A DNA stretch of 58,887 nt from the NCBI GenBank assembly GCA_944390525.1, contig CALXQH010000027.1, positions 1 to 58,887 on the forward strand. The letters are read 5' to 3'. The notes under the pieces were generated by a model, which saw only the letters and a program-made list of their open reading frames with translations, was not told the origin of the DNA and made no database searches. Numbering within the stretch: the stretch's first letter is position 1; each line of letters opens with the position of its first letter. Source of the stretch: an uncultured Clostridia bacterium (GTDB lineage Bacteria > Bacillota > Clostridia > TANB77 > CAG-508). Shown here one piece after another: positions 40,027 to 51,401 of the stretch. A program made the translations under genes and the position numbers.

Positions 40027-40830
40027 TTATTTTAATATTGATATTAAAGCTGCATTTCTTCCAGAATTTTCTTTATCTATACGGTATGAATGAAATAAAT
40101 TTGAATGGCACATTGTACAAATTCCGCTATCTATAATATTTTCTAATTTTAATCCCGCATTTTTAAGCAATTCTATATTTATTTTTACTGTATCAATATA
40201 ATACTTTTGTTTTTCTTTTTTTATATTTCCTTTTTGTATAATCTTATCTATATTTTTTAGTTTATTATACTTTTTATAAAATAACTTTTCTACATCTTCA
40301 TCAACTTCAAAGCAACATTTTCTAATACTTGGGCATATACAACATATAATATCTTTTACATTACTTCCATAAACATTTTTCATTTTTTCTATTGCTTTTA
40401 ATATAATACCATTTAAAGTACCCTTCCATCCTGAATGAATGCTTCCAACAACATTTTTTACTGGGTCATATAAAAGTAAAGAGATACAATCTGCAGAAGT
40501 AGTAAGTAATGTTATTTCTTTTTTATTTGTTAATAATCCATCAACTTCATTAAAATATTTAATTTCATCAACTATTTGTACATTGTCAGTGTGTGTTTGA
40601 TGTGGCTTTACAATTTTATTATTATCTAAATTTAAACAGTTACATATTTTTTTATAACTTAGTTTTAATGTTTTTTCATCTTTATATGCTGGTGGAAAAT
40701 TTAATTTGTTACCGCTTCTTAAAGTATAGCAATGAGTTATTTGAGAATATTGTAATAATCTTTTAAATTGAATATATTCTATACCATTTTTGTTTTGATA
40801 AACTATATTGTCATTAAAAATATTTTTCAT
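40027..40830 (-). CDS. pgeF: YfiH/PgeF (DUF152) purine nucleoside phosphorylase/peptidoglycan editing factor family
   Basis: HQTHTDNV, TADC and HSGWKG motifs. Confidence 0.8.
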   Translation of the reverse strand: MKNIFNDNIVYQNKNGIEYIQFKRLLQYSQITHCYTLRSGNKLNFPPAYKDEKTLKLSYKKICNCLNLDNNKIVKPHQTHTDNVQIVDEIKYFNEVDGLLTNKKEITLLTTSADCISLLLYDPVKNVVGSIHSGWKGTLNGIILKAIEKMKNVYGSNVKDIICCICPSIRKCCFEVDEDVEKLFYKKYNKLKNIDKIIQKGNIKKEKQKYYIDTVKINIELLKNAGLKLENIIDSGICTMCHSNLFHSYRIDKENSGRNAALISILK

Positions 40831-40849
40831 TTTATATTCCTCTCATATT

Positions 40850-43800
40850 TTAAGTATTATTTGAAATTCTATTTAGTACATATTCTTTATTTGCATTTGT
40901 TATATAATTATAATCATTTTTTGTAATTTGATTAAATTGGCAAATTGACTTATAACTACAATATTCACAAGGAATTTTTTTGTCTTTTATACGATAATAA
41001 GGTTTAATATTAATTTTTCCTTCTAAAATTTCTTCAGAAATTTCTTTTATGATTTTTTCCATATATTTTTGTAAATTTTCAAACTGTTTAGAGTTTATAA
41101 TGTTTGATCTATCAGTTATTTTTTCGTCTTTTCCTATATATGCAGGAATAATATTAGAACTTCCATTGTCTAACTCTGTATCCATTTTTCTTACAATATT
41201 ACTATCGGCTAATATGAGCCCTTGCATTTTAAATTGTTTTCTAATTTCTTGCTTTATTTCTTCATCTGTCATATTTTGATCTGCATTTAATATAGGATCT
41301 ATTACATTAAAATATAAAACTCCTGCTGGCATTGCTTCTTCAGTTTTACATGTTACATCTAAATATGTTAAAAGTTGAAGCTGTAATCCTGCTAAAACCT
41401 CGTTTAAATCAATATTTTTTATAGAAGACTTATAATCTATAATACGTATATACTTATTGTCTGTTGTTTTTGCTATATCCACTCTATCAATTTTTCCGGT
41501 TATTTCAATTTTTCTTCCATCTTTTAGTTCTAACATTATTGGTGGGTATTTTCCGCCTTTTTTAAATTCTATTTCATGTCCTAAAACCTCAAATTCACTA
41601 TATTTAAGGCTGTCTACAATGTATTTCATTGATTTTATAATAACTTTTTGTAATCTTAAAGCTAACACTTTATATTTTGGTATTGTATTAAATATATCAT
41701 ATTTTTTTAAATTTAATTTTTCTTCTATTATATGTTTGGTTATTTCTTCTATTTGTTCATCTTCAATTTTTTTTACAGATAAATTAATTTCTTCTAATTT
41801 TTCAAAAAAGCTATCTATTACATCATGCATTAAATTTCCTGTATCAGCAAATTCTACATTAAAGGTATCTTTTTCTTTTAATTTTAGACCATATTTTAAA
41901 TAATAAGAAAAAGCACAGGATTTATATTGTTCTAATTTAGATATACTAGTTTTTAATGTGTTTCCATATAATTTTTCTAATTGTTTTTTATCTAATTTTT
42001 CTGGTTCATTTTTATATTGTATGGCTTTTAATGCATTTTCTAATTGTTCTTTATAGTTATTTTCATAATAGTTATAGACTTCAAACCAGATTTTATCTAT
42101 TTTTTCTCCTTGAATAAAATTTCTTAAATTTGTTAATAATTCGTCAAATGTAGTAGTAGAAAGTAATATGTTACTTTCTTTTTTTATAATATCACTTTGC
42201 TCCTGTAAAGCTGGAAATATTTTTTTAATTTTATTTATTAATGTTGAAGCCCTTAAAGATTTACCATCAATATCTGCTGAAGCATACGATAAATATAATT
42301 TTTTTTCTGCAGTTGAAAAAGCTTTATATATATTAAAATTATCATCATATATTTGTTCTATTGTTCCTTTTGCAAGTTCTATTCCTTGATTTTTTAATAT
42401 ATTTCTATCTTTATCATCTAAAAATCCTTCATTTTTTTGAATACTCGGAAAATAGCCATCATTTAGTCCTATTACAAATACAATATCTACTTTTTGAGAC
42501 CTTGATCTGTCAACATCTCCAATTATTACTTGATCAGCTGTTGCAGGTATTACTCCTAAATCACTTTGGCTAAATCCCATTTTTAATATTTTTGCATATT
42601 TATCAAAGGTAATTTTTTTATCTCCTAAAATTAATACTATTTCATCAAATAATCTAGTTAAAATTTGTATACTTGATTCATATTCTTTTGCTAGTTCTAT
42701 TTGTCCATTTTCTTTTAAATCTTGCACATTTTTTTCTACTCTTATATATATTTGATTATCAATTATAAACTTATAAATTTGAGTAGTAATCTCTTTTACA
42801 GTTTTTAAGTTTTGCAAACTCTTCTTAAACTTTAAAAGTGGTTGTATTACTTTATTTTTAGCATATAAAATACAGTTTTGCTGTTCTTCTGTTTCATTAT
42901 AAAATTTCCATTCTTTAGCATACCATTTACTTCCTTTAATTCCCCATTTTATGCAATAATTTTCTAATAGTGCTATTTCCTCTACATCTAGGTCTATTAA
43001 TCCCGATTTTATGTAAGTAAACATTGCTTCATAAGACCAATTTTTGGCAAATATTTCTAATAAAGATAAAATAAATCTTATTAGTATATTACTTCCTAAG
43101 TCTTTTTTTTCATCTATAAAAACTGGTATTTGATATTTTGTAAAAATAGCTTTACACAAACTTGAATATTGTTCTATATTTTTTGTAATTACAGATATTT
43201 GTTCATATCTATAACCCATTTTAACAAGTTTTGTTATTTCTATAGCAACTTTTTCTATCTCTGTATATGGATTATTGGCAAGAAATAAATATAAATCTTT
43301 TACCTGTTTGGAATATTTTTTATAAAAAGATGTTTTTATATTTTCTGCTAAAAATTTTAATTCTTCTGTTTTAAATCTTTTAGGTTCATTTAGGCATATT
43401 GGATTTTCTATTTCTATCTTTTCTTGCTTAGCAATATCCAAAACTCTTTTTACAGTTTGTTTGTTTGTATAAAAAATATCTACATCTGGGTTTGTATTTT
43501 GTATTAAATTGTCAGTACATATAGTTATTACAAGTTTATGTGATATTTTCATTAATTGCCTTAAAATTTCATATTCTTGTAAAGTAAATCCTGCAAATTC
43601 ATCTATATATATATCACAATTTTTAAATTCTTGTGAACTTTTTAATTTTTGCGCTAAAAGAGTTAATCCATCATTTTCATCTATGTATTGATTTTTTATG
43701 CAATTTGTATATATGTCATACAAATTTACAATATCATTAAGTTTTCTTTGTAAATATTTATCTTCAGTTTTATTGGTAACATCTTTTAATTTTTCAACCT

Positions 43801-44194
43801 GAACCCTATGTTTTTTTAGTTCAGTTAGTTGCCTTGATATCATTTCTACATTTTCATCTGATTTTCCCAAAAATGAAAATTTTTCGTTTTCTGTTAATAA
43901 AATATGATCAATAAGCATTGCTTTCCCTGAGTTAGATAAGCTTGTCCTTGTTATTCCTCCAACTTCGTTTAGTATTCTATATGCCATTCGTTCAAACGTA
44001 ATTACTTCAGCTGTAATCATAGCCTGAGAAGGAGAAATTTCTAATAGTTTTTGTTCTGCTGTAAAAGAAAATTGTTCTGGTGTTATTAATTTTATATTAT
44101 GTTTAGTATCTTTTTTTATTTTTTCATTTATTTCATTAAATATATATGTACTTTTACCTGTTCCAGCTGTTCCATATACAAATTGTATGCTCAA
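40850..44194 (-). CDS. addB: helicase-nuclease AddAB subunit B
   Basis: 1114 aa, N-terminal Walker A GTAGTGKST, C-terminal nuclease domain with Fe-S cysteines (CEYCSYKSIC). Confidence 0.85.
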   Translation of the reverse strand: MSIQFVYGTAGTGKSTYIFNEINEKIKKDTKHNIKLITPEQFSFTAEQKLLEISPSQAMITAEVITFERMAYRILNEVGGITRTSLSNSGKAMLIDHILLTENEKFSFLGKSDENVEMISRQLTELKKHRVQVEKLKDVTNKTEDKYLQRKLNDIVNLYDIYTNCIKNQYIDENDGLTLLAQKLKSSQEFKNCDIYIDEFAGFTLQEYEILRQLMKISHKLVITICTDNLIQNTNPDVDIFYTNKQTVKRVLDIAKQEKIEIENPICLNEPKRFKTEELKFLAENIKTSFYKKYSKQVKDLYLFLANNPYTEIEKVAIEITKLVKMGYRYEQISVITKNIEQYSSLCKAIFTKYQIPVFIDEKKDLGSNILIRFILSLLEIFAKNWSYEAMFTYIKSGLIDLDVEEIALLENYCIKWGIKGSKWYAKEWKFYNETEEQQNCILYAKNKVIQPLLKFKKSLQNLKTVKEITTQIYKFIIDNQIYIRVEKNVQDLKENGQIELAKEYESSIQILTRLFDEIVLILGDKKITFDKYAKILKMGFSQSDLGVIPATADQVIIGDVDRSRSQKVDIVFVIGLNDGYFPSIQKNEGFLDDKDRNILKNQGIELAKGTIEQIYDDNFNIYKAFSTAEKKLYLSYASADIDGKSLRASTLINKIKKIFPALQEQSDIIKKESNILLSTTTFDELLTNLRNFIQGEKIDKIWFEVYNYYENNYKEQLENALKAIQYKNEPEKLDKKQLEKLYGNTLKTSISKLEQYKSCAFSYYLKYGLKLKEKDTFNVEFADTGNLMHDVIDSFFEKLEEINLSVKKIEDEQIEEITKHIIEEKLNLKKYDIFNTIPKYKVLALRLQKVIIKSMKYIVDSLKYSEFEVLGHEIEFKKGGKYPPIMLELKDGRKIEITGKIDRVDIAKTTDNKYIRIIDYKSSIKNIDLNEVLAGLQLQLLTYLDVTCKTEEAMPAGVLYFNVIDPILNADQNMTDEEIKQEIRKQFKMQGLILADSNIVRKMDTELDNGSSNIIPAYIGKDEKITDRSNIINSKQFENLQKYMEKIIKEISEEILEGKINIKPYYRIKDKKIPCEYCSYKSICQFNQITKNDYNYITNANKEYVLNRISNNT

Positions 44195-44219
44195 AATTTT
44201 TTCTCCTTTCTAATAAATA

Positions 44220-45086
44220 TTAAGCTTCACGTTTCCAGTAAAATAAATACTGTTGTGCTAATCCCGCCAAGTTTCCATATTTCTGTACTGCTAAGTTTTC
44301 AATTTGCTGTCTTTTTAATTTTGTTTCATCTGGTAAGTTAAAATATAATTCATTCATAACTCTTCTTACCCAAACATCTACAGGAAACACGTTTAAGTAT
44401 TTTAATGTAGAAAATAATAAAATGCAATCTGCTACTTTTGGCCCTACACCTGGCATTTTAAGTAGTGTTTCTTTTATCTTTTTGCTTTCTTTTTCTTCCT
44501 TTAATTTATTTAAATCTATTTGATTTGTAAATACAAGCTTAGTAGTTTCATATACTCTTTGATCTCTAAATCCTAATCCTAAACTTCTTAAGTCTTTTAC
44601 CGTAGCTTTTGATAGTTCTTTTGGAGTAGGAAAAGTATAATATTCTTTACCTTTCCATTCTATTTTTTTTCCATATGTTTTTGATAACTTTTCTATAATT
44701 CCTTTAATTCTTGGAATATTATTGTTTGCAGATATTATAAATGAAATTATAGTTTCCCATAAATCTTGGTTTAATAGTCTAATTCCTTGTCCATATTCTA
44801 TACTAATTTTCATATTATTGTCTATTTTTGAGAGTTCTTCTTTTATTTTTTTATAATTTCTTTTTAAATCAAAATATTCTTCTATTTCTTCTTTTATATT
44901 GTCTTTACATATACCTTCAAATATAACTTTGTTGTTTTCTTTTTTTACATTTATAACATTGTTTTTAAAAATTCCTGTATAACTTCCATCTAGTTCTTTA
45001 TTCCATCTAAAGCATTGTCCACACTCAAATATATCTTTTAGTTCAAATGAATCTATGTTATTAACTACATATTTTTGTTCTCTCAT
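44220..45086 (-). CDS. ogg: 8-oxoguanine DNA glycosylase/AP lyase (HhH-GPD)
   Basis: HhH-GPD motif LLKMPGVGPKVADCILLF with a downstream Asp (FPVDVW). Confidence 0.8.
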   Translation of the reverse strand: MREQKYVVNNIDSFELKDIFECGQCFRWNKELDGSYTGIFKNNVINVKKENNKVIFEGICKDNIKEEIEEYFDLKRNYKKIKEELSKIDNNMKISIEYGQGIRLLNQDLWETIISFIISANNNIPRIKGIIEKLSKTYGKKIEWKGKEYYTFPTPKELSKATVKDLRSLGLGFRDQRVYETTKLVFTNQIDLNKLKEEKESKKIKETLLKMPGVGPKVADCILLFSTLKYLNVFPVDVWVRRVMNELYFNLPDETKLKRQQIENLAVQKYGNLAGLAQQYLFYWKREA

Positions 45087-45141
45087 AATAACTCACCTTC
45101 AAAATTATTATACTATATTTTTTAGCTTTTATATATATTTT

Positions 45142-45987
45142 CTATTTAAATATTTCATAAATTATATAACCTATAGACTGAATTATAAATAAATTTAATA
45201 TGTTAGAAGTTAGTAAATTATTAGTTGCTTCTATTACACCGTCCTCTTGATTTTCATTTTTTTTATGATGTTTTTGTGCTTCTAAAAATGTAATAAGTTC
45301 TGGTATACTTGTTACAAATCCTAATAATATTCCTATTATTACTTGAGATATATTAAATTTTATACATAACTCATTTAAAGTATCGCTTAGCAAATCTCCC
45401 ACAAAATATAAGGATATTGCTATTATAATTAAATAAATAGTATATTTTATTATTATTGTTTTTTTCCCTTTAACCCATTTTGATTCTTCCTCTATTTGTT
45501 TTTCTTGTATAGTTTTTTTATTTAAATATAATTTATGATTTTGACGATTAATATAATAAAATAATAAAAATAGTAGTATAAATATTGGAACAATATTTAT
45601 ATTTTGTTCTATTTTTATTGATAAAATTAATATTGGAATTAGTATTGTTAGTAATACTAATACTAAATCTATTTTTATTGCTTTTTTATTTAATATTTTT
45701 TGATTTTTATTAATATATATAGATGCTAAATATTGTATAATGTTTATTATATTTGAACTAATAATATTATGCATACTAGCATGTAATAAACCTATTGCAG
45801 CAGAAAAAGACACTGTAAGAAATTCTGGAACAGATGTAGCTATTCCTGAAATATTTCCTACTGTTTTAGCTTTTAAATTTAAACTCTCTGCTAATTTTCT
45901 TAATACTGGTACTAAAATATATTTAGATATTATAACAATTAACATTAAATAAAAAATAAATTGTAAAAATTCCCAAAATAAACTCAT
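45142..45987 (-). CDS. CaCA-family cation/Ca2+ exchanger-like membrane protein
   Basis: Two alpha-repeat-like motifs, GIATSVPEF and FVTSIPELI. Confidence 0.6.
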   Translation of the reverse strand: MSLFWEFLQFIFYLMLIVIISKYILVPVLRKLAESLNLKAKTVGNISGIATSVPEFLTVSFSAAIGLLHASMHNIISSNIINIIQYLASIYINKNQKILNKKAIKIDLVLVLLTILIPILILSIKIEQNINIVPIFILLFLLFYYINRQNHKLYLNKKTIQEKQIEEESKWVKGKKTIIIKYTIYLIIIAISLYFVGDLLSDTLNELCIKFNISQVIIGILLGFVTSIPELITFLEAQKHHKKNENQEDGVIEATNNLLTSNILNLFIIQSIGYIIYEIFK

Positions 45988-45998
45988 AATATTTCCTT

Positions 45999-46871
45999 TT
46001 AAATAGATTTTTTAAATCCTTTTCCCCATGTTTCTCTTGCATTACTAATAATTATAAAAGCTTTTTTATCTATTTGAGTAGCTATTTGTTTAATTTTAGC
46101 TATTTCGTTTCTGCTTCCTACACATAATAGCATCATTCTTTTTTCATTAGTATACATCCCTTTAGCATAAATAGCTGTACTTCCTCTTTGCAATTTTGTT
46201 CCTACCTCTTTTGCTATTTCTCTATATCTATTTGATATAATAAACATCATTTTAGTGAAATTAACTCCTTCAAATATAATATCTATCATTTTTCCCATTA
46301 GATATATACTAATTGCAGAATATAAACCTATTTCAACTTCTTTAAAGAAAATAACATTAATAGATATTATAATTATATCAATAATAACCATTATATTACT
46401 AGTTCTTATATAAGGTTTATAAGATTTAGCAATATAAGTTATTAAATCTGTTCCTCCTGTTGATGCATTTGCTTTTAAAACAAGAGCTAGCCCTATTCCT
46501 ATAAAAATACCTCCATAAATACAGGCTAAAAATCTGTCTTGAGTTAATGCTGGAATTCTTTCAAATAAGTCAATAAAAACTGATAACAATGTTGTTCCTA
46601 TAACTGATTTAGTTATTAACTTTTTTCCAATTTTTAAAAATGCCCATATAAAAAATGGAATGTTTAGAAAAAATATTACTGTTCCAAGTGGTAAATTAAA
46701 TAAATAGTATAAGATTGTTGCAATACCTGTAAATCCTCCTGAGGAAAGTTTATTAGGAAGTAAAAAAAGTGAAGTTCCTATTGCCATTATACAACATCCT
46801 GGAGCTAAATATAATATTTCTATTAAAAATTCTTTTATTAAATAAGTTTTTTTGTTTTTTATATAATCCAT
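45999..46871 (-). CDS. YitT family membrane protein (DUF2179 C-terminus)
   Basis: 290 aa with 5-6 TM helices plus a soluble C-terminal domain typical of YitT. Confidence 0.7.
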   Translation of the reverse strand: MDYIKNKKTYLIKEFLIEILYLAPGCCIMAIGTSLFLLPNKLSSGGFTGIATILYYLFNLPLGTVIFFLNIPFFIWAFLKIGKKLITKSVIGTTLLSVFIDLFERIPALTQDRFLACIYGGIFIGIGLALVLKANASTGGTDLITYIAKSYKPYIRTSNIMVIIDIIIISINVIFFKEVEIGLYSAISIYLMGKMIDIIFEGVNFTKMMFIISNRYREIAKEVGTKLQRGSTAIYAKGMYTNEKRMMLLCVGSRNEIAKIKQIATQIDKKAFIIISNARETWGKGFKKSI

Positions 46872-46924
46872 AAAAAATCACCTATTAATACTAATTATTA
46901 GCAATAATAGGTAATTTTATACTT

Positions 46925-48001
46925 TTATTTTTTTATTTTACTTTTTTGCTCTTCTAACAAATCTTCATATGTTTTGTCAACTTCTATTTCAAATTTTCCT
47001 TTTTTTATAGTTTCATCAGGCTTTATTATTACATCTACATCATATAAATCTTTTAATTTTAAAATGTTTTCTTTTTTATGTCCTATAATATTATTTATAT
47101 TTTCGGGATTTGCTTTAATAGTTACCTGCATAACTTTTATATTAAATTTTTTAATTTTCTCCACAATTTCATCATACCATATTCCAGATTCTACTAATTG
47201 TCTAAATGCTGGATGGTATGGTCCTGCGACTACTTGGCTACCTTTTTGCTTAGGATCTGTTATTTCTTCTGTATTTTGAAGACCTATTCTTATTACTTCT
47301 ATTTTAGATTTATTAAATAACTTCATTATATCTTTTGCTCGCTCTACAGCCTGTTGTACAGTTAGAGGAATATATTCTTTATTTTCATATTCTTTTAAAA
47401 GAGGCGTATTTTTTATTACAAGCACAGGATATATCCTTACTATTTTTGGTTTTAATTTTATTAAAGTTTTAGCTGTATTAATCTCATCCAATAATGTACT
47501 TTCAGGTAAACCTATCATCATTTGATGTCCAAGAGTAAAACCATATAGTTTAATAAGTTTTGAAGCCTTTTTTACATCTTTAAATGTGTGACCTCTTTGA
47601 CATCTTTCTAAAATATAGTCATTGGTAGATTGTACTCCTAATTCTATAGTTTTTACATTGTACTTTTTTAACCTTTTTAAAATATCTTTGCTTATATAAT
47701 CAGGTCTTGTTGATATTCTTATACTTTTTACTCTTCCTTGCTTTATAAATTCATTAGCTGCTTCTAATAATTCATTTTGAATATTTTCTTCTATTGCAGT
47801 GAAGCTTCCACCATAAAAAGCAACTTCAACATATTTAGAGTCATCTTTAAAATTTTTTAAATAATACTCTATTGTTTCTTTTACATCATTTCTATTTACT
47901 TGCTTAGTTTGTCCACTAATTTCTTTTTGGTTACAAAAAGTACATTGGTGGGGGCAACCCAAATGAGGTACAAAAATTGGTATAATATATTCTTTCTTCA
48001 T
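46925..48001 (-). CDS. radical SAM protein (Elp3-like family)
   Basis: FVPHLGCPHQCTFCNQ CxxxCxxC motif. Lies upstream of rnc. Confidence 0.75.
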   Translation of the reverse strand: MKKEYIIPIFVPHLGCPHQCTFCNQKEISGQTKQVNRNDVKETIEYYLKNFKDDSKYVEVAFYGGSFTAIEENIQNELLEAANEFIKQGRVKSIRISTRPDYISKDILKRLKKYNVKTIELGVQSTNDYILERCQRGHTFKDVKKASKLIKLYGFTLGHQMMIGLPESTLLDEINTAKTLIKLKPKIVRIYPVLVIKNTPLLKEYENKEYIPLTVQQAVERAKDIMKLFNKSKIEVIRIGLQNTEEITDPKQKGSQVVAGPYHPAFRQLVESGIWYDEIVEKIKKFNIKVMQVTIKANPENINNIIGHKKENILKLKDLYDVDVIIKPDETIKKGKFEIEVDKTYEDLLEEQKSKIKK

Positions 48002-48062
48002 TTTTTCTCCTTTTGTTACTACATAGTTTCACTTTTTTAAATTATAATTTTCTTCTATGTTT

Positions 48063-48731
48063 TTATTTTATTTTTTGTAATGCTTTCTCTGCTGCCTTCA
48101 TTTCAGCCTGTTTTTTTGTTTTTCCTTCTCCTATAGCTAAAGGCTCTTCATTACAAAATACTTGAACTGTAAATGTTTTATCATGATCTGGTCCACTAGT
48201 TTTTATTACATCATATTTAATGTGTACTGTTCCATTTTCTTGTAATTTTTCTTGTAATACTGTTTTATGGTCTTTTTTACCAACATTTTTACTAGATTCT
48301 TCTACAGCTTCTTTTAAATTTTCTATAATAAACTTTTGGGCTTGTTCTAATCCACTGTCAAAGTAAATTGCTGCAATAACTGCTTCAACACTATCTGATA
48401 AAATAGTTGGTTTTAACTCTCCATGACTTGCAGCTTCACTTTTTCCTAAATATAAGAAATCACTAAAATGATGCTTTTGAGCAACTAAATAAAGACTATC
48501 TTCACAGACAACTTCTGCCCTCACTTTAGTCATTTCTCCTTCTTTTAAATATGGATAATTTGTATAAATATATTTACTAGATATAAATTCTAAAATACTA
48601 TCACCCAAAAATTCTAATTTTTCATTACTTTCTATGTGATTTTCATATGCATATGAAGTATGTGTTAATGCTTTTTTTAATAAATTTTTGTTTTTAAATA
48701 TATATCCTATACTTTTTTCTAAGCTTTCCAT
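48063..48731 (-). CDS. rnc: ribonuclease III
   Basis: Signature EKLEFLGDSILE and a C-terminal dsRBD. Confidence 0.95.
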   Translation of the reverse strand: MESLEKSIGYIFKNKNLLKKALTHTSYAYENHIESNEKLEFLGDSILEFISSKYIYTNYPYLKEGEMTKVRAEVVCEDSLYLVAQKHHFSDFLYLGKSEAASHGELKPTILSDSVEAVIAAIYFDSGLEQAQKFIIENLKEAVEESSKNVGKKDHKTVLQEKLQENGTVHIKYDVIKTSGPDHDKTFTVQVFCNEEPLAIGEGKTKKQAEMKAAEKALQKIK

Positions 48732-48888
48732 TTTTTCTCCTTTCTTAGTTTTTATTTATTATACATTAGATGTATATAATTTGCAAATTGATTTTTATTC
48801 TCTTACTAGCATTTTTACTTAATTCAACTTAATTATTTTAAAAAAAGTAGTATAATAAAATAAAAAAGGAAGATTTATTTCTTCCCTT

Positions 48889-49131
48889 TTAAGCAACATG
48901 CTCTTTTATATATTCTACAACATCGCCTACAGTAATTATTTTTTCTGCATCAGAATCTGGAATTTCTAAATCAAATTCTTCTTCCAATGCCATTATTAAT
49001 TCAACGATATCTAATGAGTCAGCTCCTAAATCATCAATAAAAGATGATTCCATGGTAACTGCTGTATCTGCAACACCTAATTGTTCTACAATAGTTTCCT
49101 TTATTTTTTCAAAAACTTCTTCTGTATTCAT
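48889..49131 (-). CDS. acpP: acyl carrier protein
   Basis: 80 aa with the DLGADSLD phosphopantetheine-attachment motif. Confidence 0.95.
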   Translation of the reverse strand: MNTEEVFEKIKETIVEQLGVADTAVTMESSFIDDLGADSLDIVELIMALEEEFDLEIPDSDAEKIITVGDVVEYIKEHVA

Positions 49132-49232
49132 TTTTTAAGTCACCTCCCTTAATTTTTTCTCTTGCTTTGTTTAATACAAGATATTACATATAATATAAAT
49201 TGTCAATAATTTTTACAAAAATATTTTATTTT

Positions 49233-50288
49233 TTATTCATTTGTTATTTCTGTTTTATTTTTCTCTTCCATTTCTTTTGAAAATTGATTAATTAGTTTGT
49301 CAACAGCCTTATTTTTTACAAATTGTTCTGCCTGTTTTATTGTAAACTCAAATACTTTTGCATCACTGCTTCCATGTGCTTTTACAACTGGTTTTTTAAC
49401 TCCTAAGAATAACGCTCCACCATATTCTTTATAATCTACACTTTTGGCAAACCTTTTAATTGCTGGTAAGCTTGGTATAGAAGCTAGCTTAGATAATAAA
49501 TTCTTTTTTAAGCTTTCTGATAGAGTCCTCTTTACAAATTTTCCTAATCCTTCTACTGCTTTTAAAAAGTTATTTCCTGTAAATCCGTCTGTTACTACAA
49601 TATCTACTTTCCCAGAAAAAGCATCTCTTCCTTCTATATTTCCAATAAAATTAACTCCTAATTCATTGCTTTTTTCTTTTAAAAGTTTGTATGATTCTTT
49701 TGTTAAATCATTACCTTTCGTTTCTTCTGTTCCAATATTTAGTAAGCCGACTTTTGGATTATCAACTCCTATTGTTGTTTCTAAGTAAATACTTGCCATT
49801 TGTGCAAATTGCAATAGATTAATTGGTTTGCAATTTGTGTTTGCACCACAGTCCATTAAAACTAATCTACTTTTATATGCTGGTAATATTCCTGCTAGTG
49901 CTGGTCTATCTACTCCTTTTATTCTTCCTACTAAAAGAGTTGCTCCTGTAAGTAAAGCTCCTGAATTTCCTGCAGAAATAAATACATCTCCTTTGCCTTC
50001 TTTTAGTAAGTTAAATCCTACTACCATTGAAGAATCTTTTTTATTCTTTATGGCTACAGTTGGTATATCTTCCATTTCTATAGTTTCTGTTGTATGATAA
50101 ATTTTTAATTTTGGAGATATTTCAGTAATATCTTCTTTATTATATAGTTCTTTTACTTTCTTATTTATTATATCTTTATTTCCTACTAATAAAATTTCAG
50201 ATTCAATTTGATTTATAGCCTTTACTGCTCCTTTTATAGTAGCTTCTGGTGCATTGTCTCCACCCATAGCATCTAGTATTATTATCAT
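49233..50288 (-). CDS. plsX: phosphate acyltransferase PlsX
   Basis: MIIILDAMGGDNAPE N-terminus. Start set at 50288, after GGGAGA. Confidence 0.9.
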   Translation of the reverse strand: MIIILDAMGGDNAPEATIKGAVKAINQIESEILLVGNKDIINKKVKELYNKEDITEISPKLKIYHTTETIEMEDIPTVAIKNKKDSSMVVGFNLLKEGKGDVFISAGNSGALLTGATLLVGRIKGVDRPALAGILPAYKSRLVLMDCGANTNCKPINLLQFAQMASIYLETTIGVDNPKVGLLNIGTEETKGNDLTKESYKLLKEKSNELGVNFIGNIEGRDAFSGKVDIVVTDGFTGNNFLKAVEGLGKFVKRTLSESLKKNLLSKLASIPSLPAIKRFAKSVDYKEYGGALFLGVKKPVVKAHGSSDAKVFEFTIKQAEQFVKNKAVDKLINQFSKEMEEKNKTEITNE

Positions 50289-50429
50289 AATATATTCTTC
50301 TCCCTTTTGTAATTTATTAATATATATAATTTTCTTTTCTATTTTATAACTTATATTTATTAAAGTCAATTATAAATTATTATTATTTGAATAAACTAAT
50401 GTTTTAAAAGCTTTTGATTTTTATAGCAT

Positions 50430-50465
50430 AAAAAAGAACGTTTCTTCTTTTTAGAAGTAACGTTC
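50430..50465 (-). terminator. rho-independent terminator after rplL
   Basis: gaacgtttcttc / gaagtaacgttc stem plus a U-run on the minus strand. Confidence 0.7.
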
Positions 50466-50482
50466 AAATATATTTTTTAGAA

Positions 50483-50851
50483 TTATGCTAATTCTACTGT
50501 AGCGCCAGCTTCTTCAAATTTAGCTTTTAATGCTTCTGCTTCTTCTTTAGCTACATTTTCTTTAACAGTTTTTGGAGCTCCATCAACTAAATCTTTAGCT
50601 TCTTTTAATCCTAAGCCTGTAGCATCTCTAACTACTTTAATTACTTGTATTTTGTTTGCTCCTGCTTCTTTTAATACTACATTAAATGCAGTTTTTTCTT
50701 CTGCTGCTCCTGCTGTTGCTCCACCAGCTACTGGTGCTGCTACTGCTGCTGCAGATACTCCATATTTTTCTTCAATTCCTTTTACTAATTCTGATAATTC
50801 TACTACTGTTAAAGTATCAATAGTTTCTAATAATTCATCAATTTTTGCCAT
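50483..50851 (-). CDS. rplL: 50S ribosomal protein L7/L12
   Basis: Ala-rich hinge and the conserved C-terminal domain ...[16 protein letters not shown]... Confidence 0.97.
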   Translation of the reverse strand: MAKIDELLETIDTLTVVELSELVKGIEEKYGVSAAAVAAPVAGGATAGAAEEKTAFNVVLKEAGANKIQVIKVVRDATGLGLKEAKDLVDGAPKTVKENVAKEEAEALKAKFEEAGATVELA

Positions 50852-50900
50852 TTTAAATGACCTCCTTCTTAATTTTTAAATTTTATTTTTATAATTTTAT

Positions 50901-51401
50901 TTAAGCATTTGCTTTTTGTTCTCTAACTGCATCAAGCGCAACAGCCAATTTGGTAATATTTCCAAGTAAAGCTCCTGCCAATTTTGCAATAAGTTCTTGT
51001 CTTGATGGTAATTTTGCTAAAGTAATTATTTCTTCTGCTGACATTACTTTACCATCTATAATTCCACCTTTAATTTTATAAAATTCATTATTTTTAGAGA
51101 AATTGTAAATTACTTTAGATGGTTCTAAATAATCTTCAGTTCCAATTACAACTGCAGTTGGTCCTTCTAATAATTCATCTAATCCATTTTCTCCATTTAA
51201 GTTTAAAGCTCTTTTAATAATGTTGTTTTTTATAACTTTGTATTCTCCATTTACATTTCTTAAATCTGTTCTTAATTTAGTTACATCTGCAACATTAATA
51301 CCTCTGTAGTCTGTTAAAAGAATAACTTTTGCTCCTTTTAATTTTTCAGATAGTTGTTTTACATCTTCTTCCTTTTGCTTTAAAACATTTTGACTTGCCA
51401 T
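50901..51401 (-). CDS. rplJ: 50S ribosomal protein L10
   Basis: 166 aa, positioned between rplA and rplL. Confidence 0.95.
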   Translation of the reverse strand: MASQNVLKQKEEDVKQLSEKLKGAKVILLTDYRGINVADVTKLRTDLRNVNGEYKVIKNNIIKRALNLNGENGLDELLEGPTAVVIGTEDYLEPSKVIYNFSKNNEFYKIKGGIIDGKVMSAEEIITLAKLPSRQELIAKLAGALLGNITKLAVALDAVREQKANA

